From NCBI GenBank assembly GCA_021811105.1, contig JAJZPM010000005.1, positions 38,234 to 102,233 on the forward strand: DNA of 64,000 bases, read 5' to 3'. Positions within the stretch are counted from its first letter, which is position 1. Each line of letters opens with the position of its first letter. Under the pieces are notes generated by a model. It was given only the letters and a program-made list of their open reading frames with translations. It did no database searches and had not been told where the DNA came from. Shown piece after piece: positions 46,189 to 56,628 of the stretch. The DNA is from Nitrospirota bacterium. GTDB taxonomy: Bacteria > Nitrospirota > Thermodesulfovibrionia > Thermodesulfovibrionales > UBA6898. Both the position numbers and the translations under genes were made by a program.

Positions 46189-47094
46189 ATGCTTAACAAA
46201 AGAGATCCTATATCAGTAGTCTTGCTTTTCCTGCTTATCCTTGGGCTTCCAGTGTCCGCCGGGGCAGGGGAGATCGTCGCACTGAAAAGCGCCGACATTC
46301 AACCCTACAACGAGGCGGTTGAGGGATTTATGAAGTCCTGCAGGTGCGACGTCAGCGAGATCGTGCTCAACGAAACGGCCGGCCGGGACGTCCTCGAAAA
46401 AATCAGGGACGCGGACCCTGAGGCGGTCTTTGCGGTAGGGATGGACGCCCTGAATTTCTCGAAGACGATCGGAAATGTCCCGGTGGTATATTCGATGGTG
46501 CCCAACTCTCAGTTGTTGAGCGTGGCCCAACAGAACGCGTCCGGCGTGAGCATGTATATTTCCCCCGAAAAATTTATTGCCGCAATACTCGAGGTCTTTC
46601 CCCATGCAAAGAAGATCGGCCTGATATTCGACGCCAGACATTCCGGGTCGTTCGTGAGGGATGCCGATTCAGCCTGTCGCGCCAGGGGGATAGAGCTCGT
46701 CGCGGAAAAGACTTCGAGGCCGGGTGACATCCCCACGCTCATCGACAGCATGAGGGGCCGGATCGACGTATTCCTGATGGTCCCCGACGTAACGGTTATC
46801 AACCCGGAATCGGTAAAATATCTCCTTCTTTTTTCATTCAGGAACAAGGTGCCGGTCTTTACCTTCTCCAGAAAATATGTCGAGATGGGGTCCGCCGCCG
46901 GGCTTTACGCTGCGCCTTACGACATGGGGCTGCAGGCCGGAGAGATCGTCCAAAAAATCGTCTCCGAGAAAAACGGAAAGGTGATCAGGGCCGATGCCAG
47001 GAAGACTGTCCTGGTGATCAACAGAAAGATCATGAATAAACTTGGTATCAGGATCCGGGGCGAGGTCCTGGGCAGGGCGGAATATGCCGACTAA
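46189..47094 (+). CDS. Periplasmic ABC-type substrate-binding-like protein (COG2984/PF04392-like)
   Basis: Signal peptide. VFAVGMDALNFSKTIGNVPVVYSMV...KIGLIFD pattern. Its 3' end overlaps the kinase gene. Confidence 0.6.
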   Translation: MLNKRDPISVVLLFLLILGLPVSAGAGEIVALKSADIQPYNEAVEGFMKSCRCDVSEIVLNETAGRDVLEKIRDADPEAVFAVGMDALNFSKTIGNVPVVYSMVPNSQLLSVAQQNASGVSMYISPEKFIAAILEVFPHAKKIGLIFDARHSGSFVRDADSACRARGIELVAEKTSRPGDIPTLIDSMRGRIDVFLMVPDVTVINPESVKYLLLFSFRNKVPVFTFSRKYVEMGSAAGLYAAPYDMGLQAGEIVQKIVSEKNGKVIRADARKTVLVINRKIMNKLGIRIRGEVLGRAEYAD

Positions 47095-48658
47095 GAGTTT
47101 CAGAAAGAGTTTCGGGTTCAAGGTCTTCAGGTCCTTTGCGCTCTCGATCCTGGTCGTGGCGATCGTCCTTTCGGCGTTGCTCGTCTATTACCAAAACAGC
47201 ATGGTGAAAAAGGACCTCTATAAGGAGGGCACGATGCTCGCCGACATGCTTGCCTACAGCATCAGGACATGGGTCTTCGCCGAAAACAAGGACATGCTGA
47301 AGGACGCGGTGCAGGGGGTCATGGGCCAGAAAAATGTTGTGGCGGTAGTGGTATACAATGCCGATAGGCAGGTCCTGATCATCGAGAAGAAACAGTCTGC
47401 CGACAAGAAGGACCCCTTTGGAAATGATCCTGCGGCCGCGGGGAAAATGCGGATGGAACAGGCCGGCATTATTCCGAAGACAGCCGAAAGAGAAGGGACG
47501 ATAGGGTTCCTGTCGCCTGTCGTGCTCGAGACGTACAAGAACATGGAAGAGGCCATTTACTTCGAAGAGTCGCCCAAACAGAGCGTGCAGCACGTTATAG
47601 GATACGTGGAGGTTGTTCTCGACAAGGGGGTGCTCAGGACCGAGATGAGGTCGATCCTCATCCGGAACGCCGTGGCCACCCTGCTGTTCTTGCTCGCCGG
47701 CAGCGTCGCGATTTACATCGCGGTGAGGAGGCTGATGCGTCCGCTGACGAACCTTGCCGCTTCTGTGCGGTCCCTCGGCAGGGGAGAGACCGTTGCGCAG
47801 GTGCCGGTCGAGTCGATGGACGAGATAGGCAGGCTCGCTACGGATTTCAACACGATGTCCGACAACCTGAAAAAGAGGGAGGCGGAAAAGGAGTTGCTCG
47901 AGGAAAAACTCAGGTATGCCCAGAAAATGGAAGCGGTAGGCACACTGGCGCGAGGGATCGCTCACGACTTTAACAACATCCTTGCGACCCTGCGGGGCTC
48001 GATCTACCTCATCGACAAAAAATTGCCCGCTCATGACGAACTCCGCCAGTATACGCGGCAGGTCCACGGTTCCATCGCTAGGGCACAGAACCTCATACGG
48101 GGGCTCCTCACCTTCAGCAGGACGCAGCGCATCAATTTCCGGCCGGCGGACCTGGGCGGCATCATCAGGAGATTACAGCCGATGCTCACGAACATGGCCG
48201 GAGAGGGCGTGCATCTGAAGGTTTCGCTGCCGGAGGGGCCGGTCATGGCGATGAGCGACAGTGTTCAGCTGGAACAGATCCTCATGAACCTCTGCGCCAA
48301 CGGCCGCGACGCGATGCCCGACGGCGGAGTGCTGTCGATCTCGGTGGAGATGGTCACGGTCGGGTCTGAGGCCGGCAGGCAATACCCGCCGGCGCCCGGC
48401 AGGTACGCAGTGATGTCCGTGCGGGACACTGGCCCGGGTATGGACGAGAAGACGAGAGAGAGGATATTCGAGCCGTATTTCACGACAAAAGACGTGGGCA
48501 AGGGGACCGGTCTCGGCCTTGCAATCGTCTACGGCATCGTCAAACAGCATAGAGGTTGGATATGGGTGGAGTCCGAGAAAGGGGAGGGTACGATATTCAG
48601 GGTCTATCTTCCTTTGCTCGAAAAAAATGAGGAAGATATGGAAAATAAGAGTAGATAG
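47084..48658 (+). CDS. Sensor histidine kinase (2 TM, HAMP, HisKA, HATPase_c)
   Basis: HAMP region ([10 protein letters not shown]...[13 protein letters not shown]), H-box [10 protein letters not shown], and G-boxes DTGPGM and GTGLGLAIV. Confidence 0.9.
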   Translation: MPTKSFRKSFGFKVFRSFALSILVVAIVLSALLVYYQNSMVKKDLYKEGTMLADMLAYSIRTWVFAENKDMLKDAVQGVMGQKNVVAVVVYNADRQVLIIEKKQSADKKDPFGNDPAAAGKMRMEQAGIIPKTAEREGTIGFLSPVVLETYKNMEEAIYFEESPKQSVQHVIGYVEVVLDKGVLRTEMRSILIRNAVATLLFLLAGSVAIYIAVRRLMRPLTNLAASVRSLGRGETVAQVPVESMDEIGRLATDFNTMSDNLKKREAEKELLEEKLRYAQKMEAVGTLARGIAHDFNNILATLRGSIYLIDKKLPAHDELRQYTRQVHGSIARAQNLIRGLLTFSRTQRINFRPADLGGIIRRLQPMLTNMAGEGVHLKVSLPEGPVMAMSDSVQLEQILMNLCANGRDAMPDGGVLSISVEMVTVGSEAGRQYPPAPGRYAVMSVRDTGPGMDEKTRERIFEPYFTTKDVGKGTGLGLAIVYGIVKQHRGWIWVESEKGEGTIFRVYLPLLEKNEEDMENKSR

Positions 48659-48681
48659 AATTTACCGCGAGGTGCTGATGC

Positions 48682-50025
48682 ATGGATAAAGTGCTGCTGG
48701 TTGACGATGAGAAGGACCTGCGGGCGATCGTCAGACAGGTGTTGAAGGAAGAGGGTTTCTCGGTCATCGAGGCGGAGGACGGCCTGCAGGCGGTCAGGCT
48801 CTTCAGGAAAGAGCCCCCGGACGTGGTGCTGCTCGATCTGAATATGCCTCATATGGACGGCCTCGACGCGATGCGGGAACTCAGGAGGATGGGTCCCGGC
48901 GTCCCTATCATAATCCTCACCGCACATGGCGACATCCCTACTGCCGTCGATGCCATAAAAAACGGTGTCTATGACTTCATGGTGAAGCCTCCTGAATTCG
49001 ACAGGCTTGTCATCACGCTCCGCAGGGCGATCGAGACACGGCGGCTGGAAAAAGAAGTTGTGAAGGCCCAGACGGCCCTGAAGTCTTCCCTCGAGCACCA
49101 GCTCGGCAGGAGCGACGCCATGAAAACCGTGATAAAACAGGTCAACCAGGTGGCAGGGACCGAGTTCTCGGTCATTATCCAGGGCGAGACAGGGACCGGC
49201 AAGTCGGTGGTGGCGGCGGCTATTCATAGCCTCAGCGGGAGGTCGGAGAGGCCCTTCATGAGTGTGGACATAGGTCTGATCCCGGACCTTCTTGTGGAGA
49301 GCGAGCTGTTCGGGTACAAGAAAGGGGCCTTTACCGGCGCGGAGAAGGACAAGTCCGGGTATTTCGAGGCCGCGCATGGCGGTACACTCTTCCTCGATGA
49401 ACTCGAGAATATGTCGGCTCACGTCCAGGCGAAGCTCCTCAGCGTCATAGAGAAGAAGAAGATATATCCACTGGGAGGCACAGGCGAAGTGGATGTCGAC
49501 ATCCGGATCATCGCAGCGACCAACAGGGACATCAGGGAGGGCGTCGAAAAGAAAGAGTTCAGGGAAGACCTCTATTACCGCCTCGGGGAATTCATTGTGA
49601 GCCTGCCGCCGCTCAGAGAGAGGGTGGAAGATATCCCCTTTTTCGCCCAGAAGTTTCTTTTCGATGCGGCATCTGAACTGAACAAGCAGATCAAGGAGAT
49701 CTCCGGAGACGCCCTCGGTACTCTTATCAAACACCCATGGCCCGGAAACCTGCGGGAGCTTAAGAACATGATGAGGAGGGCCGCCTTGCACACGGAGGGA
49801 GACGTGATCGGCTGGTCCTGCATTGAGACGCTGATGAGCCAGAAGTCCAGGGACCGGTTTACGTATCCGGTCATGTCGGTCAAGGAGGCGGTAAAGGACC
49901 TCGAAAAAAGGATGATCGTAGAGGCGCTTGCGAGGACCGAAGGCAATAAAACCAGGGCAGCCGAGATGCTCGAACTCAGTTATGCCACGCTCTTCGCGAA
50001 GATAAAAGAATTCGGGATAAAATAG
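48682..50025 (+). CDS. Sigma54-dependent response regulator (NtrC family: REC + AAA+ + Fis HTH)
   Basis: DVVLLDLNMPHMDG, GETGTGKS, ESELFGYKKGAFTGA, and the C-terminal NKTRAAEMLELSYATLFAKIKEFGI. Confidence 0.95.
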   Translation: MDKVLLVDDEKDLRAIVRQVLKEEGFSVIEAEDGLQAVRLFRKEPPDVVLLDLNMPHMDGLDAMRELRRMGPGVPIIILTAHGDIPTAVDAIKNGVYDFMVKPPEFDRLVITLRRAIETRRLEKEVVKAQTALKSSLEHQLGRSDAMKTVIKQVNQVAGTEFSVIIQGETGTGKSVVAAAIHSLSGRSERPFMSVDIGLIPDLLVESELFGYKKGAFTGAEKDKSGYFEAAHGGTLFLDELENMSAHVQAKLLSVIEKKKIYPLGGTGEVDVDIRIIAATNRDIREGVEKKEFREDLYYRLGEFIVSLPPLRERVEDIPFFAQKFLFDAASELNKQIKEISGDALGTLIKHPWPGNLRELKNMMRRAALHTEGDVIGWSCIETLMSQKSRDRFTYPVMSVKEAVKDLEKRMIVEALARTEGNKTRAAEMLELSYATLFAKIKEFGIK

Positions 50026-50037
50026 CCGCTACCTCCG

Positions 50038-50166
50038 GGTCATAGTTCTTTTTCCGTCATGCTCGAGGTTCTCAGTCGGGCATCCATGTTTTCTTAAGAA
50101 TGGATTCCCGCCTAAAGACTGCGGGAATGACGGCCTAAATACACATACTTTATGCAACGTTAGGGT
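50038..50166 (-). repeat. 129-bp structured repeat, copy B (inverted relative to copy A)
   Basis: Two mismatches to the reverse complement of 33545-33673. It starts 12 nt after the regulator stop codon. Confidence 0.9.
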
Positions 50167-50282
50167 TAATTGTCTGATTTTTTTATAGTGCCCCTCTAAT
50201 ATCTTTATGCCCCCGGTCCGCGGAAGATTATTCCCCGGGAAAAAATCCTTTAAAGCCCATGGCTTTTGCTGTCCCTGAATTT

Positions 50283-50299
50283 TGGCCCGCTCTTTGCTA
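50283..50299 (+). promoter_or_regulatory. Near-consensus sigma54 (-24/-12) promoter TGGCCCGCTCTTTGCTA
   Basis: GG and GC are at the canonical spacing (TGGCac-N5-tTGCw). It lies 46 nt upstream of the ATG at 50345. Confidence 0.6.
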
Positions 50300-50344
50300 T
50301 TGCTTCCATAGCGGAAGATTCAAATACACCGGCACAGAGGGGAT

Positions 50345-50584
50345 ATGAAATACGGACCGGGCGGCTGTGACGGAGATTTGCTGCATCTTCTTTCCCCCAG
50401 GGAAAGAGAAGTGCTTGGATGGTTGAGGATGGGCAAGACCTCGTGGGACATATCGGTGATCCTTCGCATCAGCGAGAGGACGGTGAATTATCATGTCAAC
50501 AACATCATACGGAAGTTGGGCGTGGTGAACCGAATGCAGGCAGTATCCATGGCGGCGAACCTTGACACGGATGAAGGTACGTGA
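50345..50584 (+). CDS. Stand-alone LuxR/GerE-type HTH protein (79 aa, no sensor domain)
   Basis: LSPREREVLGWLRMGKTSWDISVILRISERTVNYHVNNIIRKLGVVNRMQAV. Confidence 0.8.
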   Translation: MKYGPGGCDGDLLHLLSPREREVLGWLRMGKTSWDISVILRISERTVNYHVNNIIRKLGVVNRMQAVSMAANLDTDEGT

Positions 50585-50650
50585 GGAAGTCCGGGGAAAC
50601 TCAGAGAATGCGGATCGGCCAACGGTTCCGAAAAGGAGGAAATTGACAGA

Positions 50651-51721
50651 ATGGCTGGGAGCGAGGTAATGAGCCGGGTGCAAGGCACGGAAAGGTCTGA
50701 CCGGGCGATCGGCACAAAGGTGATCGATCTGCATGTTCACGTGGTGGGTGTGGGCGAATCGGGAACAGGCTGCAGGGCATCGAGGGAATTCATCTACAGC
50801 CCGACCTTCGCAGCGATGCTCATCTCTCTCAAGACAGCGCCGTTTGAAGCCGGAGACCGAAAGATACGGCAGATACTTCTCGATAGCATCGATACTTCTG
50901 AAAATGTCGATTACGCCGTTCTGCTTGCGATGGACGGAGTATATAAAAACGGCAAGTTCGTAGAGGCTGAGTCGCATCTTGTCGTCCCGAATGACTATGT
51001 GATCGGTATGACCGGAGAGAACAGACGTGCCCTTTTCGGAGCTTCGGTCCACCCGTACCGGTTGGCGGACGAAATGATCGCCGAAACGAAGCGCTGCGTC
51101 GACGAAGGGGCGGTGCTGTTCAAGTGGTCGCCGTCGGGCCAGCAGATCAATCCCGAAGACGACCGGTGTATCCCCTTTTATATTTGCCTGGCCCGGGAGG
51201 GGATCCCACTTTTTTGCCATGCCGGGACGGAATTCACGATGCGCACATCAGACTTCAGAATCAGCGGGTACAATGACCCCAGAAAACTGATACGGGCACT
51301 CGACATCGGCGTCAAGGTGATCGTAGCGCATTGTGCTTCCCCCTCAGCCGGAAGCGTTGTGCCGTCCGACCGGGGATACTTCGAAGAGCTGATGCAGATG
51401 CTGAGAGATGCGGAGTCAAGGAGATGGGAGCTTTATGCCGACGTATCGGCCTGCTGTAGTCCGTCAAGAATAGGCTACCTTGAAAGGATCGTGCGGGAGA
51501 TCGAAGAAGGGAAGATAAGCCCGAAACGTTTTCTCTATGGAAGTGACTTCCCGATGCCTGCGGTGGACATCAACCTTTTTAGAAAGCCTCTGAGTTCCCA
51601 TGAACTCCTTGAACATATCAAGGGGCAGGGGAACCTGCTCGATAATCATTACCGGATACTGAAGCAATTCGGAATACATGAGTCGATCTTTACGAACGCC
51701 TGCGATGTGCTGAGGCTGTAA
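50651..51721 (+). CDS. Metal-dependent amidohydrolase-superfamily (TIM-barrel hydrolase) protein
   Basis: VIDLHVHVVG (HxH), ...FCHAG..., ...VIVAHCA... and a C-terminal YGSDFP pattern. Confidence 0.65.
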   Translation: MAGSEVMSRVQGTERSDRAIGTKVIDLHVHVVGVGESGTGCRASREFIYSPTFAAMLISLKTAPFEAGDRKIRQILLDSIDTSENVDYAVLLAMDGVYKNGKFVEAESHLVVPNDYVIGMTGENRRALFGASVHPYRLADEMIAETKRCVDEGAVLFKWSPSGQQINPEDDRCIPFYICLAREGIPLFCHAGTEFTMRTSDFRISGYNDPRKLIRALDIGVKVIVAHCASPSAGSVVPSDRGYFEELMQMLRDAESRRWELYADVSACCSPSRIGYLERIVREIEEGKISPKRFLYGSDFPMPAVDINLFRKPLSSHELLEHIKGQGNLLDNHYRILKQFGIHESIFTNACDVLRL

Positions 51722-51777
51722 CCGCCTCGTCGGTTTTGGGGGACTGCTTTTTCCCCACGCGTTGAAGACTGGGCTGG

Positions 51778-51853
51778 GGCGGCGGACTGATCTGTCCTGG
51801 ACGACCCTGCACCCTATGGGGATGGTGCAGGGTCCGGGATCAGGTCCGCCGCC
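51778..51853. repeat. 76-nt imperfect hairpin (GGCGGCGGACTGATC ... GACCCTGCACC-loop-GGTGCAGGGTC ... GATCAGGTCCGCCGCC)
   Basis: Hand folding gives 15-bp outer and 11-bp inner helices. Confidence 0.7.
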
Positions 51854-51856
51854 GGG

Positions 51857-51919
51857 GATAACTCCCCCAGGCTGCGCCTCTCCCCCTCTTAAGATAAGAG
51901 GGGGTTAGGGGGAGTTATC
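51857..51919. repeat. Dispersed hairpin repeat, copy 3 (GATAACTCCCCC ... CCCCCTCTTAAGATAAGAGGGGG ... GGGGGAGTTATC)
   Basis: 12-nt terminal inverted repeat around the CCCCTCTTAAGATAAGAGGGG hairpin that is also present at 57677-57697. Confidence 0.75.
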
Positions 51920-52008
51920 TTTTCCACCATGCCCCACGGGCATTGTCCTACCCCGGATTGTATTAACCCCTTTTTTCGTTTACTATATACAATAATGGGG
52001 GCGATGGG

Positions 52009-52827
52009 ATGAGAAGCGCTGTGAAACGGGTCCTGTTTTTTCTGTTGACGTTTGTGTTGTTGAGCGGATTTCTGTATGCCGCTGCGGTCGCCTTTGTCCC
52101 GGACGCGCGTTTTTCAGGCGGCATAGTGCACTCTACGCGTTCCAAACGCGGCGACACGCCTGACCTGCTGAATTTTACGAGAGAGAAGTTTTATTACGAC
52201 ATTTACTGGATCGGCATCTATGTCGGCAGCGCGGTCCTTGAGGGCGTCAATGAAAACGGCATGGTAAAGATCACTTCCCGGGCGCATTCGGCCGCCTTTC
52301 TGTCGAACTTCTACAAGGTGGAGGACTTCGCCGAGAGTAAGGTCAAAGACGGCGTGCCCTTAAACTTCAGGATCCGGCAGCACGAGGGCAGATACAGGAG
52401 CGACAAGGAGACGAAGTTCGACGTGCGTAACGGGAAGATCACCTATTTCGATTATCTGAAAGGCCTCAAGGAAGAGCACGAGGGAAAGCGGGGTGTGTTC
52501 TGGGACGTGATCTCCGGTTTTTATTTTCTCAGGACGAAGGGGATGGAACTGGAAAAGACGATCTTCATCAATATATTCGACAGCAACAAGTTCCTCAACG
52601 CAGAGGTGAATGTGCTCGGGAAAGAGAAGATACATTTCGAGGGGAAAGGGGAGATAGAGGCGATCGTGGTGAAGCCGATCCTTAAGTCCGACGGTCTTTT
52701 CCAGAACAAGGGCGACATCCGCATCTGGCTTTCTAACGATGGGAACAGATTCCCGATAAGGGTGGAGACAAAGGTGCCTATCGGCAAGGTCGTGGCCGAA
52801 CTGAAAAAAGTCGAAACCGAAAAATAG
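52009..52827 (+). CDS. DUF3108-like secreted protein
   Basis: Signal peptide, and the FYYDIYWIGIYVGSAVLE... beta-rich pattern I associate with DUF3108. Assignment is from memory. Confidence 0.5.
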   Translation: MRSAVKRVLFFLLTFVLLSGFLYAAAVAFVPDARFSGGIVHSTRSKRGDTPDLLNFTREKFYYDIYWIGIYVGSAVLEGVNENGMVKITSRAHSAAFLSNFYKVEDFAESKVKDGVPLNFRIRQHEGRYRSDKETKFDVRNGKITYFDYLKGLKEEHEGKRGVFWDVISGFYFLRTKGMELEKTIFINIFDSNKFLNAEVNVLGKEKIHFEGKGEIEAIVVKPILKSDGLFQNKGDIRIWLSNDGNRFPIRVETKVPIGKVVAELKKVETEK

Positions 52828-53049
52828 TCTTTTTCCAGTCTACGGCATGCGGCAAAGATGCAGGGCAGGGACGCTGAAAAAGTCTTGCAATACGACAAAC
52901 TTTGTTTTGATTTACATAAGTGATAAACGATTACGCATAATGTCATGCATATGGGTTGATGGGTTACATCCGGTGCAGATAAGGGTGTCGCAGGCAATCC
53001 ATTTTTCATCGACCTCTGCCCTGCATTGGAGACCGCCGTTAAGCGGCAA

Positions 53050-54249
53050 TCATTCTTTGCGTGGCCTGACGCGCGTGCCGTCATTGATAGAGTCGTCGGG
53101 ATGCGCGATCACTTCCTCGCCTTCCGAGAGACCTGAAACAATCTCGGCAGCAAGCCCGGTTCTGTGCCCTACCTGAACAGGCCGCAGGCGCGCCTTCCCG
53201 TTATGCACTGCGAAGACTTCCCACTCGTCGCCTTTCCTGAAAAGGGAACTGGCAGGGACCTGCAATACGTCCTTCCCCTCCCATATCACGAAACGGGCCT
53301 CGACGCGATATCCATCGCCGAGTCGCTGCCAGCTTTCGGGCGGGGCAGTGATATCTGCGATGACGAGGGTCCGCTGTTCCTCGACGCCTAGACTCGAGAT
53401 CTTCGTGAAGCCCGCCGGCTCGACGACCCTCACCCGTCCCGAGAGGTTCGCATCGCCCCCCCAGCGTTCGAAGAGCACGGCCATGCCGGGTTTTATTTTG
53501 ACCGCGTCTTCAGAGAGGACCTCTACTTTCACCTCAAGTGCGGCTGGGTTGCCTATGTCGATCAGAGGGTCTCCGGAGTTTACCGTGCCCTCGCTCTCGT
53601 GATAGACCTTTAATACGTGGCCTGCCGCGGGAGCGCGCACGAATACGACTTTACCACGATTCACTGCCTGCTCTGCAGCGGAGTACCCGAGCGAGGTCCG
53701 TGCCTTGTCCAGGTCGAACTGCGCCGACCTGGCGGCCGAACGTGCAGCATGGAGGTCCGCATCCGTCCTTTTCGCCTGTGCCTCGGACTGGTCCATAGAA
53801 TCCTTCGAGATGTAACCGGACTTATAAAGTTTTGTCGCGCGTACGGCGTTTGCGTTCGCATATTCCGCATCCGCGGCCCGGGCCCGGACGGCCTCCTCGG
53901 CCGCTTTCAGCGTCGCCTCGGCAGCCGAGACCGCGGCCTCCGCAGCCGCCCGGCTCCGCGGATCTAGGACAGCTGACCTCTGGGACTCGAGCTCGGCCAG
54001 CACCTCTCCTTTTTTTACCGGATCGCCTACATCCAGTTCGACCCTTCTCAGGTAACCGGCGACAGGCGCGGAGATGACGTAGCGGTCTTTCACCCTGGTC
54101 TTCCCTTCTTCCTCTACCGTGACCATCATCCGGCCGCGCGTTGTCTTCGCGATGTCCACAGTCACCGGTTTCGGCAAGAAGCCGAAGACGATCGCGAATA
54201 TAACGAGCGCCGCGATACCGATGACAACGATCCATCTGTTCCTGCTCAT
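53050..54249 (-). CDS. HlyD/MacA-family periplasmic adaptor (membrane fusion protein)
   Basis: N-terminal TM segment, an Ala-rich coiled-coil hairpin, a beta-barrel C-terminus, and context with the ABC exporter. Confidence 0.9.
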   Translation of the reverse strand: MSRNRWIVVIGIAALVIFAIVFGFLPKPVTVDIAKTTRGRMMVTVEEEGKTRVKDRYVISAPVAGYLRRVELDVGDPVKKGEVLAELESQRSAVLDPRSRAAAEAAVSAAEATLKAAEEAVRARAADAEYANANAVRATKLYKSGYISKDSMDQSEAQAKRTDADLHAARSAARSAQFDLDKARTSLGYSAAEQAVNRGKVVFVRAPAAGHVLKVYHESEGTVNSGDPLIDIGNPAALEVKVEVLSEDAVKIKPGMAVLFERWGGDANLSGRVRVVEPAGFTKISSLGVEEQRTLVIADITAPPESWQRLGDGYRVEARFVIWEGKDVLQVPASSLFRKGDEWEVFAVHNGKARLRPVQVGHRTGLAAEIVSGLSEGEEVIAHPDDSINDGTRVRPRKE

Positions 54250-54255
54250 GATGGT

Positions 54256-56628
54256 CTACTCCCTTGCCTTAAGCACCGCCACGAGGTCGAGGTGGTCGAG
54301 CCGGTGGCGCACAATGAGCCCCGAGAGACAGGCGGAGACCACCACCACTGCGGCGGCAAGAGAATAGGTGACCTGTTCTACGACCGCCGGCACTCTGAAA
54401 AGGTCGGAGCTGATCGCCCCTGCGATGTAAGAAGCGATCCCCCGTCCTACGAGCATTCCAACAGGGATCGAGGCGATTGTCATCAGCCCGAGTTCCCCCA
54501 GGAAGATATACGAGATCTCTGCGCGCGTATAGCCGAGCACCCGCAGGCTTGCGAGTTCCCGGCTCCGCTCCGACAGCGCGATCCGCGCGCTGTTATAGAC
54601 GACGCCGAATGCGATTGTGCCTCCCAGAATCGTGGCGACAAAGGTGAAGAAGAGGAGCGCCTCGGCCTGGGTGTCGTAGAAATTCCTGATCTCTTCCTTT
54701 CTGATGACAGCACCTGCGACCCGCGGCATGTTGACAAGAGTGTTATATAGCCTTGCGCGATAGCGGGAATCCACGGCAAGATAGGCCCCGGAGATCGCAT
54801 CTCCTTCCTTCATGAGGCGGTTGAGGGCATGAATATCCATGTAGCCCTGCAGGCCTATATACTGTTTTACGAGCCCGGCCACCGGGACCTGTCGGACGGG
54901 CCTGTTCCCTTCGAGCACTTCGACGGTGAGCATGTTCCCGGGCTTAATGCCCAGAATTGCACCGAGATAGTCATTGAGCACGATGCCGTCCTGCGGAAGG
55001 CTGATCGGATGCAGGCTGCTGTCGAGGGGGGTGCTGAGGGAGTTCCCCGGCTCGATGCCCTGGATGGAGGTGCGATAACTGCGGTGCCCGAACCTTAGCC
55101 GTGCAGGCACGGACCTGAAGACCTCAGCCTGCGTCACCCCCTGCAGGCCCTTCAATTCACAGACCGCCTTTTTCGACGTGGGATCGGTAAACGTCACCGT
55201 AAGGTCCTCATTCTGCGAGCGTTTGAACTGCACATCCACCATAAAGTCGACTGCGTCTTTCGAAAAAGTCGCTGCAATCATGATAGCACAGGAAAGCGAG
55301 ATCCCGGCAATCGTCAGCAAAGACCTCAGGGGCCTTCTGCCGATGTTCCGCAGGATCATCCGTGTCGGCTGCGCCAGGAACCTGCCGATGCCGAGTTGCT
55401 CCACTGCGGACCGGCGGTATTGCGCGGGCGGCTCGGGCCGCATCGCCTCCGCCGGCGGGAGCGTTGCGGCCCTGTATACCGAAAATATCGTGCCTGCCAG
55501 GGTGGCGGAGGCGGTGATGAAGGCGGCGGAAAGAGCGACAGACGGCCTGAGTTCGAAGACGAGATACGGGAAACGGTAGAACTCCATGTATACGCCGCCG
55601 AGCCCCTCCCCGAGCCTGATGCCTGCGGCGAGTCCTCCTGCAATTCCGAGAAGCACGATGAGCAGCACCATCTTTGCATAATGGACCCCGATGGCGCGGT
55701 TTCCGTACCCGAAGGCCTTCAGGATCGCGATCTGGTCACGCTGGATGCCGACGGTCCTGCTGACAACGACGTTCAACAGAAACGCCGAGACAGCGATGAA
55801 GATCGTCGGGAATATCTCGGCGCTCCTCTGGAGCTGTTTGAACTCTTCGCTCAGGAAGCGGTGAGAGATCTGGTCCTTCCTGCCATAGGCACCGAGACCA
55901 CCGTAGCGGTCGAGGAGCGCGTCGAGCATGACGATCACGTCCTCCGCATTCGCGCCGCGCAAGAGGGTCAGCACCACGTCATTGAACGCCCCCTTCATGT
56001 TGTAGGCGGTACCGAGAGCGTCACGCCCCATCCAGAGGATCGCATAGCGTCTGTAATCCGGACTGATCGCACCGGGCCTGGACTGGAGCACGAACTCCGG
56101 TGACAAGGCCGTGCCTACGATGACGAGCGTCTTCCATTTGCCGTTGATGATCGCGCCGAAGGTGTCGCCGGGGGAGAGATGATGTGCTTCTGCGAATGCC
56201 TCGCTTACAAGCGCCTCGTTGTCTCTATAAGGCTCGACCATCCTGCCCTTTCTGATGTATGGTATGTTCAGCAGCGGGTCGCCGATGTCCGGCAGAGAGA
56301 CTATCCGGGCGGTCACCGGTTCCGGGAAGCCTCTGATGTCGAGCTTCACGTCGGCGGCAACGCGGGTCTCCACGGTTTCCACACCGGGTATTTCCGCGAT
56401 CCTCTCCTTAAGGCTGTCGGGCGCCCGTTTCAGCGAAGAGAATACCTCGGCAAAGCGATTGTCGCGGTAGAACCTGTCCCTTGTCACGTTCAGCGAGTCC
56501 ATCGTGCCTATCAGCATCACATAGGTCGCAACACCGCTTACGATGACAAGGACGATGGCAAGGGCCTGTCCCTTCATCTTCCAGAGGTCACGCAGGAGTT
56601 TGCGGTCGAGCATCGTGAACGACTTCAC
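54256..56628 (-). CDS. ABC exporter permease with two FtsX/MacB-type domains
   Basis: 790 aa with duplicated 4-TM FtsX modules and large periplasmic loops. [20 protein letters not shown]-terminus. Confidence 0.9.
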   Translation of the reverse strand: MKSFTMLDRKLLRDLWKMKGQALAIVLVIVSGVATYVMLIGTMDSLNVTRDRFYRDNRFAEVFSSLKRAPDSLKERIAEIPGVETVETRVAADVKLDIRGFPEPVTARIVSLPDIGDPLLNIPYIRKGRMVEPYRDNEALVSEAFAEAHHLSPGDTFGAIINGKWKTLVIVGTALSPEFVLQSRPGAISPDYRRYAILWMGRDALGTAYNMKGAFNDVVLTLLRGANAEDVIVMLDALLDRYGGLGAYGRKDQISHRFLSEEFKQLQRSAEIFPTIFIAVSAFLLNVVVSRTVGIQRDQIAILKAFGYGNRAIGVHYAKMVLLIVLLGIAGGLAAGIRLGEGLGGVYMEFYRFPYLVFELRPSVALSAAFITASATLAGTIFSVYRAATLPPAEAMRPEPPAQYRRSAVEQLGIGRFLAQPTRMILRNIGRRPLRSLLTIAGISLSCAIMIAATFSKDAVDFMVDVQFKRSQNEDLTVTFTDPTSKKAVCELKGLQGVTQAEVFRSVPARLRFGHRSYRTSIQGIEPGNSLSTPLDSSLHPISLPQDGIVLNDYLGAILGIKPGNMLTVEVLEGNRPVRQVPVAGLVKQYIGLQGYMDIHALNRLMKEGDAISGAYLAVDSRYRARLYNTLVNMPRVAGAVIRKEEIRNFYDTQAEALLFFTFVATILGGTIAFGVVYNSARIALSERSRELASLRVLGYTRAEISYIFLGELGLMTIASIPVGMLVGRGIASYIAGAISSDLFRVPAVVEQVTYSLAAAVVVVSACLSGLIVRHRLDHLDLVAVLKARE

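Noticed and set aside
52855-53030. 10-nt inverted repeat TGCAGGGCAG / CTGCCCTGCA about 150 nt apart, in the convergent gap between the DUF3108 and adaptor genes.
   Set aside because: A 10-nt inverted repeat within 200 nt is expected several times by chance in 64 kb, and the intervening sequence shows no supporting helices.
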